Shown here: in pieces, positions 1 through 10,575 of the stretch
Position numbering within the stretch: the first letter of the stretch is position 1
Layout of the letters: each line of letters opens with the position of its first letter
Assembly (NCBI GenBank): GCA_963792965.1
Contig: CAWBYW010000007.1
Location: forward strand, 658,177 to 722,176
Direction: 5' to 3'
Length of the DNA: 64,000 nt
DNA from: an uncultured delta proteobacterium
GTDB taxonomy: Bacteria > Desulfobacterota > Zymogenia > Zymogenales > Zymogenaceae
Notes under the pieces: model-generated
Told to the model about the DNA's origin: nothing
Databases searched by the model: none
The model's input: only the letters and a program-made list of their open reading frames with translations
Position numbers and translations under genes: made by a program

Positions 1-1365
1 GCCATCGGGATCAGGATCGCGGGAAACGACTTCATGGACGGCGGCCACACGAACACCGAGTCCGCCCTCTTTGCCGCCGCGGCCGAGCATGCGGGCGTCG
101 ACGCCGTCAACGTCACCGGCGGGTGGCACGAGACCTATGTCCCCCAGCTGACCACCAACGTCCCCCCCGGCGTCTTCGTCTACCTCGCCCGCGGGATAAA
201 GGAGAAAGTCACCGTCCCGGTATTTGCCTCAAACCGGCTGGGCGATCCCGAGCTCGCCGAGAAGGTGCTGCGGGCGGGCTCGGCCGATATGATCTGCTGG
301 GCGCGGCCCCTGATCGCCGACCCGGAGCTCCCCAACAAGGTGCGCGAGGGGAGGCTTGACGAGATCACCTGGTGCGTCTCCTGTAACCAGGGATGTTTCG
401 ACGCGATCTTTTACCGCACCTCCGTCGGATGCGTACTGAATCCCGCCGCCGGGAGGGAGAACGAGGTCTCGCTGAGGGCTGCCGACAAGAAGAAGAGGAT
501 CCTGGTTGCCGGCGGAGGGCCGGGGGGCATGGAGTTCGCCCTGACGGCCGCCCGGCGCGGGCATACCGTGACCCTGTTTGAGAAGGAAGACCGCCTCGGC
601 GGGCAGATAAACCTCGCCAAGACCCCGCCGGGAAAACGGGAGCTTGTCCGCATCATCGACAGCATGCGCGACCGGATGAAACATTTCGGTGTCGTGGTGA
701 ACACCGGATTTCCCCTCACCTCCGAAGTAGTCAGGGAAGAACGGCCCGACTATCTTGTCGTCGCCACGGGGGCGCGCCCGATCGACATTCGCGTCCCCGG
801 CATCGATAAGCCCCACGTGGTGAGCGCCTGGGACGTGCTGTCAGACAGGGTGGCCGAGATCGGCAAGAAGGTCGTCATCGTCGGCGGGAGCGCCACGGGC
901 TGCGAGACCGCGCACACCATCGCCTCGATGGGCGTGCCCGACGCCGAGGCCTTCACGTTCCTGATGTACCACCACGCCGAGGACCCCGCCTATGCCATGG
1001 ACCTCCTCCACAAGCCGGGCCGGGAGGTGACGGTGATCGACCTGGTAGAGCGGATGGCCGACAACGTCAGCAAGACCGCCCGCTGGTCGCTCATGAAGAG
1101 CCTCAAACTCATGGGGGTGAGCCTCATGCCCAAGACGAAACTCTGCGAGATCACGGACGACGCCGTAATCGTCGAGACCCACACGGGCAAACAGACGATC
1201 CCGGCCGACACCGTCGTGATCGCCGTGGGGGCGCACTCCGTCAATGACCTTGTCGAGGCAGCAAAGGCCGACGGGATAAAGGTCATCACCATCGGTGACG
1301 CCAAGGCCCCCCGAAAGATCATGGACGCCGTGCGCGAAGGCTTTGACGAGGCACTGACGATATAG
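1..1365 (+). CDS. NADH:flavin oxidoreductase / 2,4-dienoyl-CoA reductase (FadH-like, OYE + Fe-S + FAD domains), 5' truncated by window
   Basis: Frame open from base 1 (AIGIRIAGNDFMDGG); ARPLIADPELPNK, CxxCNQGC Fe-S motif, two dinucleotide-binding motifs (VAGGGPGG, IVGGSATG). Confidence 0.9.
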   Translation, partial: AIGIRIAGNDFMDGGHTNTESALFAAAAEHAGVDAVNVTGGWHETYVPQLTTNVPPGVFVYLARGIKEKVTVPVFASNRLGDPELAEKVLRAGSADMICWARPLIADPELPNKVREGRLDEITWCVSCNQGCFDAIFYRTSVGCVLNPAAGRENEVSLRAADKKKRILVAGGGPGGMEFALTAARRGHTVTLFEKEDRLGGQINLAKTPPGKRELVRIIDSMRDRMKHFGVVVNTGFPLTSEVVREERPDYLVVATGARPIDIRVPGIDKPHVVSAWDVLSDRVAEIGKKVVIVGGSATGCETAHTIASMGVPDAEAFTFLMYHHAEDPAYAMDLLHKPGREVTVIDLVERMADNVSKTARWSLMKSLKLMGVSLMPKTKLCEITDDAVIVETHTGKQTIPADTVVIAVGAHSVNDLVEAAKADGIKVITIGDAKAPRKIMDAVREGFDEALTI

Positions 1366-1482
1366 GGCCCCGCAGGGGAAAAAGGCGGCTTATTGGTCTC
1401 TTCCCGGACAGGTAAAATAGGCCTACCGGACAAATTCCTGACGTCTCGCTACATCGGGAATCAATTATAACTACGGAGTCAT

Positions 1483-2988
1483 ATGATGCCTAAACAGTAC
1501 GACGCAGTCGTCATCGGCGCCGGGCTCGGTGGCCTCTCGGCGGCGACGTTCCTTGCCAAGAACGGGAGGAGCGTGCTGCTCCTTGAGCGACACAACATTC
1601 CCGGCGGATACGCCACCTCGTTCTGCCGGGGGCGCTTTGAGTTCGACGTCTCGCTCCACGAGCTCTCGGGCATCGGGACCCCGGATGCGCGCGGGAGTCT
1701 CTATAATTACCTCGACTACCTCGGCGTCGCCCAGAAGATGAAATTCCTTCACATGCCCGACCTCTTCCGGGTGGCCGATGATAGGATGGACCTCACCATC
1801 CCCGCCGGGAGGGACAAGTGCCAGGAATACTTCATCAGCAATTTCCCCAAGCAGGCCGCCCAGATCGAGAAATATTTCGAAACGGTCAAGGATTTTTCGG
1901 CCGAGTTCTCGGGCGTCGTGATCGGCGCGGCGAGTAGATCCACCGACCTTTCTCCCGAGAAATTCCCTAACTTCGTCAAATACGGCATGAAGACCTATAA
2001 GGAGGTCGTCGACACGATCATTACCGACGAAACGCTCAAGGCCGCCCTCTCGCCCTACTGGGGCTACGCGGGCCTGCCTCCCTCCAAGATTCCGTTCCAC
2101 CTGATGGCATCCATCTGGGAGACGTTCCTCCAGGATCCGCCCAACCATATCCGCGGACGGTGCCAGGCACTTTCCAACGCCTTTGTCGACACCTTCACCG
2201 GGCTCGGCGGAGAGGTGAAATTCAACTGCGGCGCCAAGAAGATCGTCACCAGAGACGGGAAGGTCTCCGGCGTGATCACCGATGATGATCGGGAGATAGG
2301 CACGAAAGTCGTCGTCTCCAACGCGAACCCTCTGTTCACCATGATCAACCTCGTGGGCGGCGAACACACGCCCCGGAACTATATGCAGGACCTCAACAGC
2401 CGCCTCCCCGGGTTTTCGACCGTCAATGTCTTCCTGGGGCTTGACTGCCCGCCTGAGACGATCGGGGCCAGGGTCCACGAGAACTTCCTCAACTTCTCCC
2501 GCGACATCGACGCGATCTGGGAAAAGGGATTTACGCTCGCGCCCCCCGAAGGGATCCTTGTCACCAACTATAATGTCACCGATCCCGAGTTTTCCCCTCC
2601 CGGCACCTCGGTCATGGTCATGATCGCCGGCTCCTACTCACGCCCGTGGTATCTGTTGCCGCCCGAGCAATATGTGGACGCCAAGAACGCCTTCGCGCGG
2701 GGGATGTTAGATGTCGCCGAGAAGTACTACCCCGGGCTCAATGACCATATCGAGGTCATTGAGGTCGCCACCCCCATCACCAACATGCGCTACACCGGTA
2801 ACATCGGCGGGGCCATCTACGGCTTCGAGAGTATCGTATCCGACTCGGGGATCCTTCGCATCCGCCACAACACCCCCATCGACGGGCTCTTCTTCGCCTC
2901 GGCATGGACGATCCCCGGCGGCGGCTATCAGCCGTCTATTTCGTCGGGATCCATTGCCGGCGGCAGGGCGCTTAAAAAACTACTGTAA
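1483..2988 (+). CDS. phytoene desaturase (CrtI)/retinol saturase-family FAD oxidoreductase
   Basis: N-terminal VIGAGLGGL...ERHNIPGG, ATP-T motif, GAIYGF, C-terminal TPIDGLFFASAW-PGGG. Confidence 0.85.
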   Translation: MMPKQYDAVVIGAGLGGLSAATFLAKNGRSVLLLERHNIPGGYATSFCRGRFEFDVSLHELSGIGTPDARGSLYNYLDYLGVAQKMKFLHMPDLFRVADDRMDLTIPAGRDKCQEYFISNFPKQAAQIEKYFETVKDFSAEFSGVVIGAASRSTDLSPEKFPNFVKYGMKTYKEVVDTIITDETLKAALSPYWGYAGLPPSKIPFHLMASIWETFLQDPPNHIRGRCQALSNAFVDTFTGLGGEVKFNCGAKKIVTRDGKVSGVITDDDREIGTKVVVSNANPLFTMINLVGGEHTPRNYMQDLNSRLPGFSTVNVFLGLDCPPETIGARVHENFLNFSRDIDAIWEKGFTLAPPEGILVTNYNVTDPEFSPPGTSVMVMIAGSYSRPWYLLPPEQYVDAKNAFARGMLDVAEKYYPGLNDHIEVIEVATPITNMRYTGNIGGAIYGFESIVSDSGILRIRHNTPIDGLFFASAWTIPGGGYQPSISSGSIAGGRALKKLL

Positions 2989-3002
2989 GGGAGACGATCC
3001 TC

Positions 3003-4163
3003 ATGGATATCAGGGAATTCTTGGGACACGTGGAGGGGTTCAAAGAGGTTATAGAGGAGCGTGAGAGCCTGAAGCGCGTCTTCGGCGATATCTCCATCCC
3101 GAGGGACTTCGCCGATAATTACATCAGGCTATTGCATCCGAAAAAGATCGCGGTAACAGTGGTAGAGATCGTCGATGAGACCGCCTCGGCCAAGACCTTC
3201 CGGCTCGCCCCGGAGGACGGCTACCTCCCCCCCTTCCGGGCGGGGCAGTACGTCAACTGGGAGGTCACCATCGGAAACGTGAAGACCGGCCGCGCCTTCT
3301 CGATCTCGTCGCCCCCGCACCAGCGCGGCTTTTACGAGCTGACCGTGCGCAGGATGAGCGAGGGATTTGTCTCTCATTACCTGCTGGACAAGGTGAGAGT
3401 CGGCGATCGGTTTACGATCTCGGGGCCGGCGGGCGCCTTCTACCATGAGCCGCTGATCGACACGAAAGAGCTCGTCTTTATCGCCGGCGGCTCGGGGGTC
3501 ACTCCCTTTAGGAGCATCATCAGGGAGGCGGCCGAGCGGGGGCGGGACCTTTCGATCTGGCTCGTCTACGGCAGCCGCACGGACGAAGACGTCATTTTCG
3601 GAGAAGAGCTCGCGCGGATCGCCAAACACCATCCTCATGTGAAGTACCGGCTCGTCGTCTCGGAGCCGTCGGCCCGATACAAAGGCAAGACCGGCTTCAT
3701 CACCGCCGACGTGATAAGAGAATTCGTGGGGGACGTGAAGGGGAAGACCTTCTACCTCTGCGGGCCGGAGCTGATGTATCGGTTCGTGGGGCCCGAGCTT
3801 TCAAAACTCGGTGTCTCGCCCCGGCGCGTCAGGCGCGAGTCGTACGGCCCACCCGCCGACGTCACCAAAGAATCCGGGTGGCCCACCGATATCACGGCCG
3901 ACAGGCGATTCAAGGTCATCGTCAATGGGGAGGCTACCATCGAGGCGCGCGCGGGCGAGCCGCTCATCGTAGCGCTCGAGCGGGCCGGTCTCATCGTCCC
4001 CAGCCTCTGCAGGAGCGGCGAGTGCAGCCTCTGCCGCACGAAGATCGTCAAGGGATCGACCTTTATGCCCGACCGCGCGGCCGTCAGGGAGTCGGACCGA
4101 TGGTATAACTATGTCCACTCTTGCATGGCCTACCCCCTCTCCGACCTCGAGATCCGCTTTTGA
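3003..4163 (+). CDS. FNR-type FAD/NAD-binding oxidoreductase with C-terminal 2Fe-2S ferredoxin (PaaE/Hcr-like)
   Basis: RAFSISS, AGGSGVTP, YLCGP, CRSGECSLC...C motifs. Confidence 0.9.
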   Translation: MDIREFLGHVEGFKEVIEERESLKRVFGDISIPRDFADNYIRLLHPKKIAVTVVEIVDETASAKTFRLAPEDGYLPPFRAGQYVNWEVTIGNVKTGRAFSISSPPHQRGFYELTVRRMSEGFVSHYLLDKVRVGDRFTISGPAGAFYHEPLIDTKELVFIAGGSGVTPFRSIIREAAERGRDLSIWLVYGSRTDEDVIFGEELARIAKHHPHVKYRLVVSEPSARYKGKTGFITADVIREFVGDVKGKTFYLCGPELMYRFVGPELSKLGVSPRRVRRESYGPPADVTKESGWPTDITADRRFKVIVNGEATIEARAGEPLIVALERAGLIVPSLCRSGECSLCRTKIVKGSTFMPDRAAVRESDRWYNYVHSCMAYPLSDLEIRF

Positions 4164-4176
4164 CCGAAAAAGACAA

Positions 4177-4205
4177 CGGCCCCGATACCGAAGGGTAAGG
4201 GGCCG
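4177..4205. terminator. GC hairpin between convergent genes
   Basis: cggcccc...ggggccg arms between stops at 4163 and 4221. Confidence 0.4.
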
Positions 4206-4220
4206 CTCTTCTTGTTCCGA

Positions 4221-4415
4221 CTAATCCTCGACCCAGCTGATACATTCCACCGGACAGGAATCGATGGCCTCCTGGATCTCTTCCTCCTTTGCCCCCGTGG
4301 GGTCAAAGACCTCGGCCACCATATCGTCGGTGAGCCTGAAAACCCCCGGACAGAGGTCCACGCAGGTCTCGCAGCCGGTGCAGATATCCTGGTCAACGTG
4401 CGGCTTCTTTGCCAT
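4221..4415 (-). CDS. ferredoxin (single 4Fe-4S type)
   Basis: CTGCETC...CP motif in an acidic 64-aa protein; GGAGG RBS upstream. Confidence 0.9.
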   Translation of the reverse strand: MAKKPHVDQDICTGCETCVDLCPGVFRLTDDMVAEVFDPTGAKEEEIQEAIDSCPVECISWVED

Positions 4416-4635
4416 TGGCTACCCTCCACCTTATACCCCATGAGGACTTCGTTTTCATGGGGGCGCAGGTCAAAGAATGAGATGAATCCCGTGTATGTCC
4501 GCCGGGCCGCCGCTGGGCCGCCCGGAATTATCCCAGCCCGTCGCCGGACGGGGTCAAGCGCAGGCCCTTACCGATTGTGATAGGTACGACAAAAAGGCTG
4601 GCCGGCCGAAGGATGGTCTTTTCACGCCGCGGCCC

Positions 4636-5784
4636 TCAGGCGATTTCTCTCCCGCCGACCCATGTCTTCAGTATATCCAACTTCCCGTCCAAAAGCAAGA
4701 GGTCGGCCTCTTTTCCGACCGCGATGCTCCCGACCCGGTCATCGACCCCTATGAGGGTTGCCGGATTCAGGGAGGCGGCCCGGACGATGTGCACCAGAGG
4801 AATATCAGTGTTATTGTAGACGTTTCTCACACCTTTCATGAGGGGGCTCGCGCTTCCGGCCAGCACACCGGACCCAGCGATGAAGATTCTCCCTTCCACA
4901 AGGCGCACTTTCGCGCCGAAAAAGTCGTACTCGCCCTCCGGCAGTCCCAGAACCGCCACCGCGTCCGAGACCATGATCATTCGATCCGGACCCTTGAGCC
5001 GATAGCCCATCTCGACCATCGGCGCGGCAAGGTGAAACCCGTCGCAGATGAATTCGCTGTAAACCTCGCCCGACAAGAGCGCCGCGACCGCAATCCCCGG
5101 CTCCCGGTGATGGATGGGGCGCATGGCGTTGAACGTATGACAGGTGACCCTCAGTCCCCTCTCTATCGCCTGGGTCCCCTCAGCAAACGTCGCGTCGGTG
5201 TGGACGGCACCCGGGATGATTCCCTCACGGGAAAGCTCTCCGATCAGATCCATTCCCCCGTCGAGCTCCGGGGCCAGCCCCATCATCGTGAGGAATCCTT
5301 CGGAGGCCTCGATGTATCTTTTCAGATCACCCTTTTCATATTTCCTCAGCGCGTCGAACCGCTGTGCCCCGGCCCGGGCCGGATTGAGGTACGGTCCCTC
5401 CATGTGGATGCCGAGGATACGGGCACCCGTGAGCGTTTCCCTCGCCTGTCGGATCGTCGAGAGCGCCGTCAGCGTCTCCTCCATCCGGGAGGACTCTACC
5501 GTCGGGAGAAATGACGTTGTACCGAGGCCGGGCAACGCCTCCGACATCCTCTGGAGGTCCTCCACGCGTGCCGACTGGCACATGATTCCGAACGCCCCAT
5601 GGATATGCTCGTCCACAAGCCCCGGGCTCAGATACGCGCCCTTTGCATGTACACGCTCGGAGTCCGCGCCGCCGAGGCCCGGACCGATCTCGGCAATCTT
5701 ACCGTCTCGGACCAACACGTCGTTGCCCTCGGAGATCGCATCGGGGAGGATGAGCCTTGCCCCCGTAATGATGAAATCTTTCAC
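4636..5784 (-). CDS. nagA: N-acetylglucosamine-6-phosphate deacetylase
   Basis: PGLVDEHIHG, GIHMEGPYL, HTFNAM, DGFH, LAGS motifs. Confidence 0.9.
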   Translation of the reverse strand: MKDFIITGARLILPDAISEGNDVLVRDGKIAEIGPGLGGADSERVHAKGAYLSPGLVDEHIHGAFGIMCQSARVEDLQRMSEALPGLGTTSFLPTVESSRMEETLTALSTIRQARETLTGARILGIHMEGPYLNPARAGAQRFDALRKYEKGDLKRYIEASEGFLTMMGLAPELDGGMDLIGELSREGIIPGAVHTDATFAEGTQAIERGLRVTCHTFNAMRPIHHREPGIAVAALLSGEVYSEFICDGFHLAAPMVEMGYRLKGPDRMIMVSDAVAVLGLPEGEYDFFGAKVRLVEGRIFIAGSGVLAGSASPLMKGVRNVYNNTDIPLVHIVRAASLNPATLIGVDDRVGSIAVGKEADLLLLDGKLDILKTWVGGREIA

Positions 5785-7052
5785 TGTCTTCCTTCAATGA
5801 GATCGTATGCCACCTTCACAACGGCACCGATGGACTCCGGCGATAAGAACGCCGACGTCGATTCATAGCGGTCTTCGCCGACCGCGAGATACCCGAAGTA
5901 GTCTTCCGCATAGCCACATACCATCAGATCAAAAGAGGCCCGCGCCTTCAGGGCAAGCGCCGTTTCACTCATGACCTCTCCGGGAAGAAAGATGATGCCG
6001 AGTGTCCCGATCTTCACAAGGATAACCCTCAGCTCCATGTTGCGAGGCCCCATGATATGCTCAAATCCCCCTCCCCCGATGAAGTAGAGGGTGACAAGGA
6101 TACCCTCCCGGATCGATTCGAGCCGACGAATGCCGCCGGTGGAGAGCCCGCCCGAGCACGCCTTCTTGATCCTTCCTTCGATCTCCGCCAGCCTCCGTTC
6201 GACCTGTTCCCTGTCCGGAAGAACCCGGTACCCGACCGGGACGGGAATAAACCCCACACTGATCTCTTCACCGACCAGGGGCCGGCTCACGTCCTCGGCA
6301 TCACGAACGGAGTTAAAGAACAGATCGGTAAAGCGGCCCAGCTCCCGCTGGTCTCTTCCGCGTCTCGTGAACCGGGTGCTTACGTCGGCCGAGCCACCGT
6401 TGAGAAGAAGGGAAGTCCCTCCCAATAGCCCGTCAGACTTCGCCAGTCCCCTTCCGACCCAGTCCGCGGAGAACATGAGGTTCTCCGGCCCCAGGACCGT
6501 CGGGTGGCACCCGTAATTGACGATCCTCGAGACGGTCTTCCCGTCCCCTTTCTTCGCCGTCAGGATGATGAGCTCATCGTCGACGGGCCGCTCCGGATCA
6601 TTTCGGTGCGCGCCGAGGCCGCTGACGCCCGCCTTCCCGATCCATAGGGTTACCGGGCGGGCGGACGCTGTCAGACTCTGCGCCGCCTCGACGAGCCTTC
6701 GTGCCGTCCCCTCAAGATAGGAATCCTCATCCAAAGCCGGAACCGCGGACGATCTGAAGACTCCCGGGCCGGAATGCGTGTGGACGGCGCTGATGATGAT
6801 CTGGTCTTCATCGATCCCGACCTCGCGTGCGATCGCCTCTTTAATGATCGTGGTCCAGCGGCCGTCCAGGAATACCCAGTCGAGGCTCACCAAGAGCAGC
6901 CGATCGCTTCCCGCCGAAAGGAAAAGGAGCCGCGCCCTGATCGGATCCAGGATGCCCTGTGACACCCCCGTGCGGAACAGATATCCGCCGAGGGGAAAAC
7001 CAAGCGGTGGGGTTATGTCTATCGACGCCGTCGACGCGAGAAATTCCCCCAT
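5781..7052 (-). CDS. neutral/alkaline ceramidase N-terminal domain family amidohydrolase
   Basis: DITPP...GGY, HTHSGP, NYGCHPTV, SAD, LPGE, GY...Y motifs; overlaps nagA by 4 bp. Confidence 0.8.
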   Translation of the reverse strand: MGEFLASTASIDITPPLGFPLGGYLFRTGVSQGILDPIRARLLFLSAGSDRLLLVSLDWVFLDGRWTTIIKEAIAREVGIDEDQIIISAVHTHSGPGVFRSSAVPALDEDSYLEGTARRLVEAAQSLTASARPVTLWIGKAGVSGLGAHRNDPERPVDDELIILTAKKGDGKTVSRIVNYGCHPTVLGPENLMFSADWVGRGLAKSDGLLGGTSLLLNGGSADVSTRFTRRGRDQRELGRFTDLFFNSVRDAEDVSRPLVGEEISVGFIPVPVGYRVLPDREQVERRLAEIEGRIKKACSGGLSTGGIRRLESIREGILVTLYFIGGGGFEHIMGPRNMELRVILVKIGTLGIIFLPGEVMSETALALKARASFDLMVCGYAEDYFGYLAVGEDRYESTSAFLSPESIGAVVKVAYDLIEGRQ

Positions 7053-8029
7053 TACCGAAGGCCTTGGATCAGATGATCGCGAACCGCGGCAAAATCGAGA
7101 TAGAGACGCTCAAAAGCGATTTTCACTCCCCCACCGATCGCGGGCATCTCGGGGGGCCTGATCTCCGCCTTATGAAACACGTCCCTGATGGACTGGCAAA
7201 ACGGTGCGATGACGAGATCCCGCGCCAAAAAGACGCTGCCCGACCAGGAGACCTTCACCTCTTCGGGGGGGATCTTAAGGTTTCGCGCGACAGTGACTAC
7301 CCCGAGGGCGAGCTCCCGCCCCGCATCACTCATGATTCGGCGGGCGACCTCGTCCCCGTCTCGCGCCGCCTCGGCCACGACGACCGCGCCCTCGGCAATC
7401 CGGTCGCGCGTCACGCTCTTGTCCAGATAGACGGTAATCGCCACGGCGATCATATCGGGGACACCGAAAAGTTTCGGTAACTCCTCAACCAGCCGTGTCG
7501 GAGCGTCCCGCCCGTCAAAAGCCCGGGCCGCCGCCCTCAGACCCCTCACCGCGATGTCGTAGGCGCTCCCTTCATCGCCGAGTATGTGTCCCCACCCCCC
7601 GGCCTGAAGCCCCTCGCCCCGCTTATTTCTCCCGTAGACCGTCGAGCCGGTTCCGGCCGTCGCCACCACGCCCCACCCATAGGGGAGCGCCCCAAAAAAT
7701 CCCGCCACCATGTCTCCCACCAGATAAACCGGCACGCCCGGAAAATATTCCGAGATGATCCCTTCAACGTAGTCGGCCCCCTCCCTCAGGTAGCCGATAC
7801 CGGCGGTGTCGCCGGCAATGATACGCACATCGGCCGGATCGATGCCCGCCGATTTCATCGATTCGGCGATCGCCTCTTTCAGTGAGGCCCTGACCACCTC
7901 GATGGGGGAAAGGACATGGTTTGCCGGCCCGGAAGAGCCCCTCCCGATGATCTCGCCCTTCGTCGTCACGGCGATCGCCGTCGTGTGCGTCCCCCCGCCG
8001 TCTACCGAGATGATGATATCTTTACCCAT
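7052..8029 (-). CDS. BadF/BadG/BcrA/BcrD-family sugar kinase (GlcNAc/MurNAc kinase-like)
   Basis: VDGGGTHT, AGTGS, GGWGHILGDEGS motifs. Confidence 0.88.
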   Translation of the reverse strand: MGKDIIISVDGGGTHTTAIAVTTKGEIIGRGSSGPANHVLSPIEVVRASLKEAIAESMKSAGIDPADVRIIAGDTAGIGYLREGADYVEGIISEYFPGVPVYLVGDMVAGFFGALPYGWGVVATAGTGSTVYGRNKRGEGLQAGGWGHILGDEGSAYDIAVRGLRAAARAFDGRDAPTRLVEELPKLFGVPDMIAVAITVYLDKSVTRDRIAEGAVVVAEAARDGDEVARRIMSDAGRELALGVVTVARNLKIPPEEVKVSWSGSVFLARDLVIAPFCQSIRDVFHKAEIRPPEMPAIGGGVKIAFERLYLDFAAVRDHLIQGLR

Positions 8030-9375
8030 TACTGTTCCTTGATCCCCATGATCTTTCTGGTCTCCTCGGGATTGTCACCGAGCTTATATCCGAGCAGGAT
8101 AACAAAGCCGATAAGAGAGACGACTCCGAGCACGATCCACACAAGCTTGATGCCGAGTGGATGTTCTTTCGTATTCCCAAAAGCCGAAAATAGCACGGGA
8201 AGAACCACGGTGGAAAGCGCGAACCCGACCTTCCGTGAAAACCCGAAAACCCCGTAATACATCGCCTCCCGACGCTTGCCCGTCAGCATCTGGTCGTAGT
8301 CGGCGATGTCGCCCATCATGGCATAGACGAGGATCATGAACCCGCCCAGAGGGATGCTCACCGGCGGAAGGAGGATAAAGCCCTGGACGGCGATCGGAAT
8401 GCCGGGAATCGAGCCGACCAGGAAGATCAGGGGAAAGAAGGCCGCCAGCAAGAGCGAGACAACCTGCAACAGCCGCCTCTTGCTATATCGATGGGAAAGC
8501 CACATCCAGAGGGGAACCGACGCAACCATGCAGAGGATGAACTCGGCCTGGTAATACATCACGAACGACTCGGGCTTATCCACAACGGACTTGACAAAGT
8601 AGGGCATGATCACCAGCAGCACCTCGTAGCACATATAGAGGGCGACGATCGCGAGGCCGAAGAAAAGAAACTGCTTGTTGGTGAAGGTCGCCTTGAACGA
8701 GTCCCACAGTTTTATCTTCACATCGGCCCGGGAAAATTCCACCGGCAGCTCCTTGATCCCCGGAAGGCAGATGTACATCGTGACCAGACCGATGGCCGCC
8801 GTTACAATCGCCATCGTGACCGGTCCCTTATTCTGGAAGAGATTTGGTGCGATGAATGCCACCATCAGAAAACCGACGATGGCGTAGATCAGCTTCCACG
8901 AGGTGAGCTTGACCCGGTCATCGGAGGTGAGGGCGATCTCGGCCAGGAGGGCGTCGTATGGGATGCCGATGACGTCGTAGAATAAGAAATAGACAAAAAA
9001 CACGCCCATCAGATATATCACGTTAAGGCTCGATACCCCGGCCACAGGTGGGAGCCAAAGGAAGATGAACGCAATGATCATCAGGGGTGTGCCGATGACG
9101 ATGAACGGTTTCCTCCGTCCCCATCGGGTCTTGGTATTGTCTGAAATGTGGCCGATGAGGGGATTTATGACCGCGTCGAAAACCCGCCCTACGGTAAGGA
9201 TCAGGCCGACGGCCATGATCGGAATATAGGAATGCCTTCCCGAATCGGACGGCGGGGCATAAAAATACATGATCCAGGTAAAGAGCACACCTTCCACGAA
9301 GTTGAGGCTGATCGAGCCCCAGTTATAGAAAAAGACCTCCTTATTGGTGAGCCGCTTGATGACTTCCTTTTCCAT
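8029..9375 (-). CDS. MFS transporter, glycoside-pentoside-hexuronide (MelB-like) family
   Basis: ~12 hydrophobic segments; DAVINPLIGHISD, TRWGRRKPF, DYD...TGKRRE motifs. Confidence 0.9.
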   Translation of the reverse strand: MEKEVIKRLTNKEVFFYNWGSISLNFVEGVLFTWIMYFYAPPSDSGRHSYIPIMAVGLILTVGRVFDAVINPLIGHISDNTKTRWGRRKPFIVIGTPLMIIAFIFLWLPPVAGVSSLNVIYLMGVFFVYFLFYDVIGIPYDALLAEIALTSDDRVKLTSWKLIYAIVGFLMVAFIAPNLFQNKGPVTMAIVTAAIGLVTMYICLPGIKELPVEFSRADVKIKLWDSFKATFTNKQFLFFGLAIVALYMCYEVLLVIMPYFVKSVVDKPESFVMYYQAEFILCMVASVPLWMWLSHRYSKRRLLQVVSLLLAAFFPLIFLVGSIPGIPIAVQGFILLPPVSIPLGGFMILVYAMMGDIADYDQMLTGKRREAMYYGVFGFSRKVGFALSTVVLPVLFSAFGNTKEHPLGIKLVWIVLGVVSLIGFVILLGYKLGDNPEETRKIMGIKEQ

Positions 9376-9815
9376 CGTGTCGCCTCCTGATAGAGTTTAT
9401 CCGATCGCCACCCGTATCGACCATCTCCGCTCATCCCCCGCGAAGAAATAGAGCAGATAAAACCCTCCGAGGAGCAGACCCCAGGCTGACACCCGAACCG
9501 GGAAGAGTTAGGGTGAGACTCTCCTCGGCGCAGAGAGGCTCGGGGGCTCGATACTTCCGACTCCAACCGGTTGATCTGCCCGGGTCGGAGGGGGGAGATT
9601 ACAACAGTCGAGCGGAAAGGACGGAGAAATCGTCGGTGAAGCCGGGGCCCGCCGTCTGATCTTTCGGCGATGAGGTCGGGGTAAGGCGATATTCGCCCCC
9701 GGTAACGAAGTCGTCGATCCGCCCGCCGGAAAGAGGCCGTACGGAAGGTCCCGTCGGCTCCCATAGAATCGTCGGAAAGGAGAGCTCGATCCACCCGCCC
9801 TTGGTCCCGTCCGTT

Positions 9816-10550
9816 TCAAATATGCTTGATCCTTCCCCGGTATTTCATGAATTCCTGAATGAGCTCTCCGAGTTTAGCGGCCTCCATGTTCACGGAAACA
9901 TAGACCGCCGGCGGCTTCTTTTTCTCGGCAAGGATATGGGTGGCTTCGATGATGACACAGTGGAGAAGGATCGATCCGATGATGGTCGAAGTGGGGCCCA
10001 TCATTGCCTTTACTCGCGGCACCTGGACGGAGGCGTCACCGGGGAGGACGCCGGTATCCAGCACGACATCCGCGACCTCGAAGAGACGCTTCCCCGAAGG
10101 GTGGCCCGACTTGATCGCCATCGTATGCTTCATGCTCGTGACGGCGATGAGCTTTAGTCCCATATCTTTCATCCGGAGGGCCATCTCGATGGGGGCCTGG
10201 TTCTTGCCCGAGTTGGAGATGATGATCGCTACGTCACTGCTCCTGATCTGGTATCCCGAAAGCGTCATCGATGCGACGCCGGCCAGCCGCTCCATGTTCG
10301 TACTGCGTAGTGCACCGTGGGAAAGGAGAAACGAGGGATCCAGGATCGCGTTTACCGGCACGATCCCCCCCGCCCGGCAAAAGATCTCCTGCGCCACGAG
10401 CGCCGAATGTCCACTGCCGAATGTGTGGACGACACCTTCCAGTTCAATGGCCTTGGCCACTAAGGCGGCGGCTTCGTTAATTTTTTCCCTCTGCGAGTCG
10501 GCGACCTCTTTGATCTGACGACCGACCTCCTCTACAAATGCCTCCCACAT
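9816..10550 (-). CDS. SIS (sugar isomerase) domain protein
   Basis: FGSGHS, RAGG, SNSGKN, DTGVLPGDA, GPTST motifs. Confidence 0.88.
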   Translation of the reverse strand: MWEAFVEEVGRQIKEVADSQREKINEAAALVAKAIELEGVVHTFGSGHSALVAQEIFCRAGGIVPVNAILDPSFLLSHGALRSTNMERLAGVASMTLSGYQIRSSDVAIIISNSGKNQAPIEMALRMKDMGLKLIAVTSMKHTMAIKSGHPSGKRLFEVADVVLDTGVLPGDASVQVPRVKAMMGPTSTIIGSILLHCVIIEATHILAEKKKPPAVYVSVNMEAAKLGELIQEFMKYRGRIKHI

Positions 10551-10575
10551 GCGGTGTGACCCCCATAGCTATATG

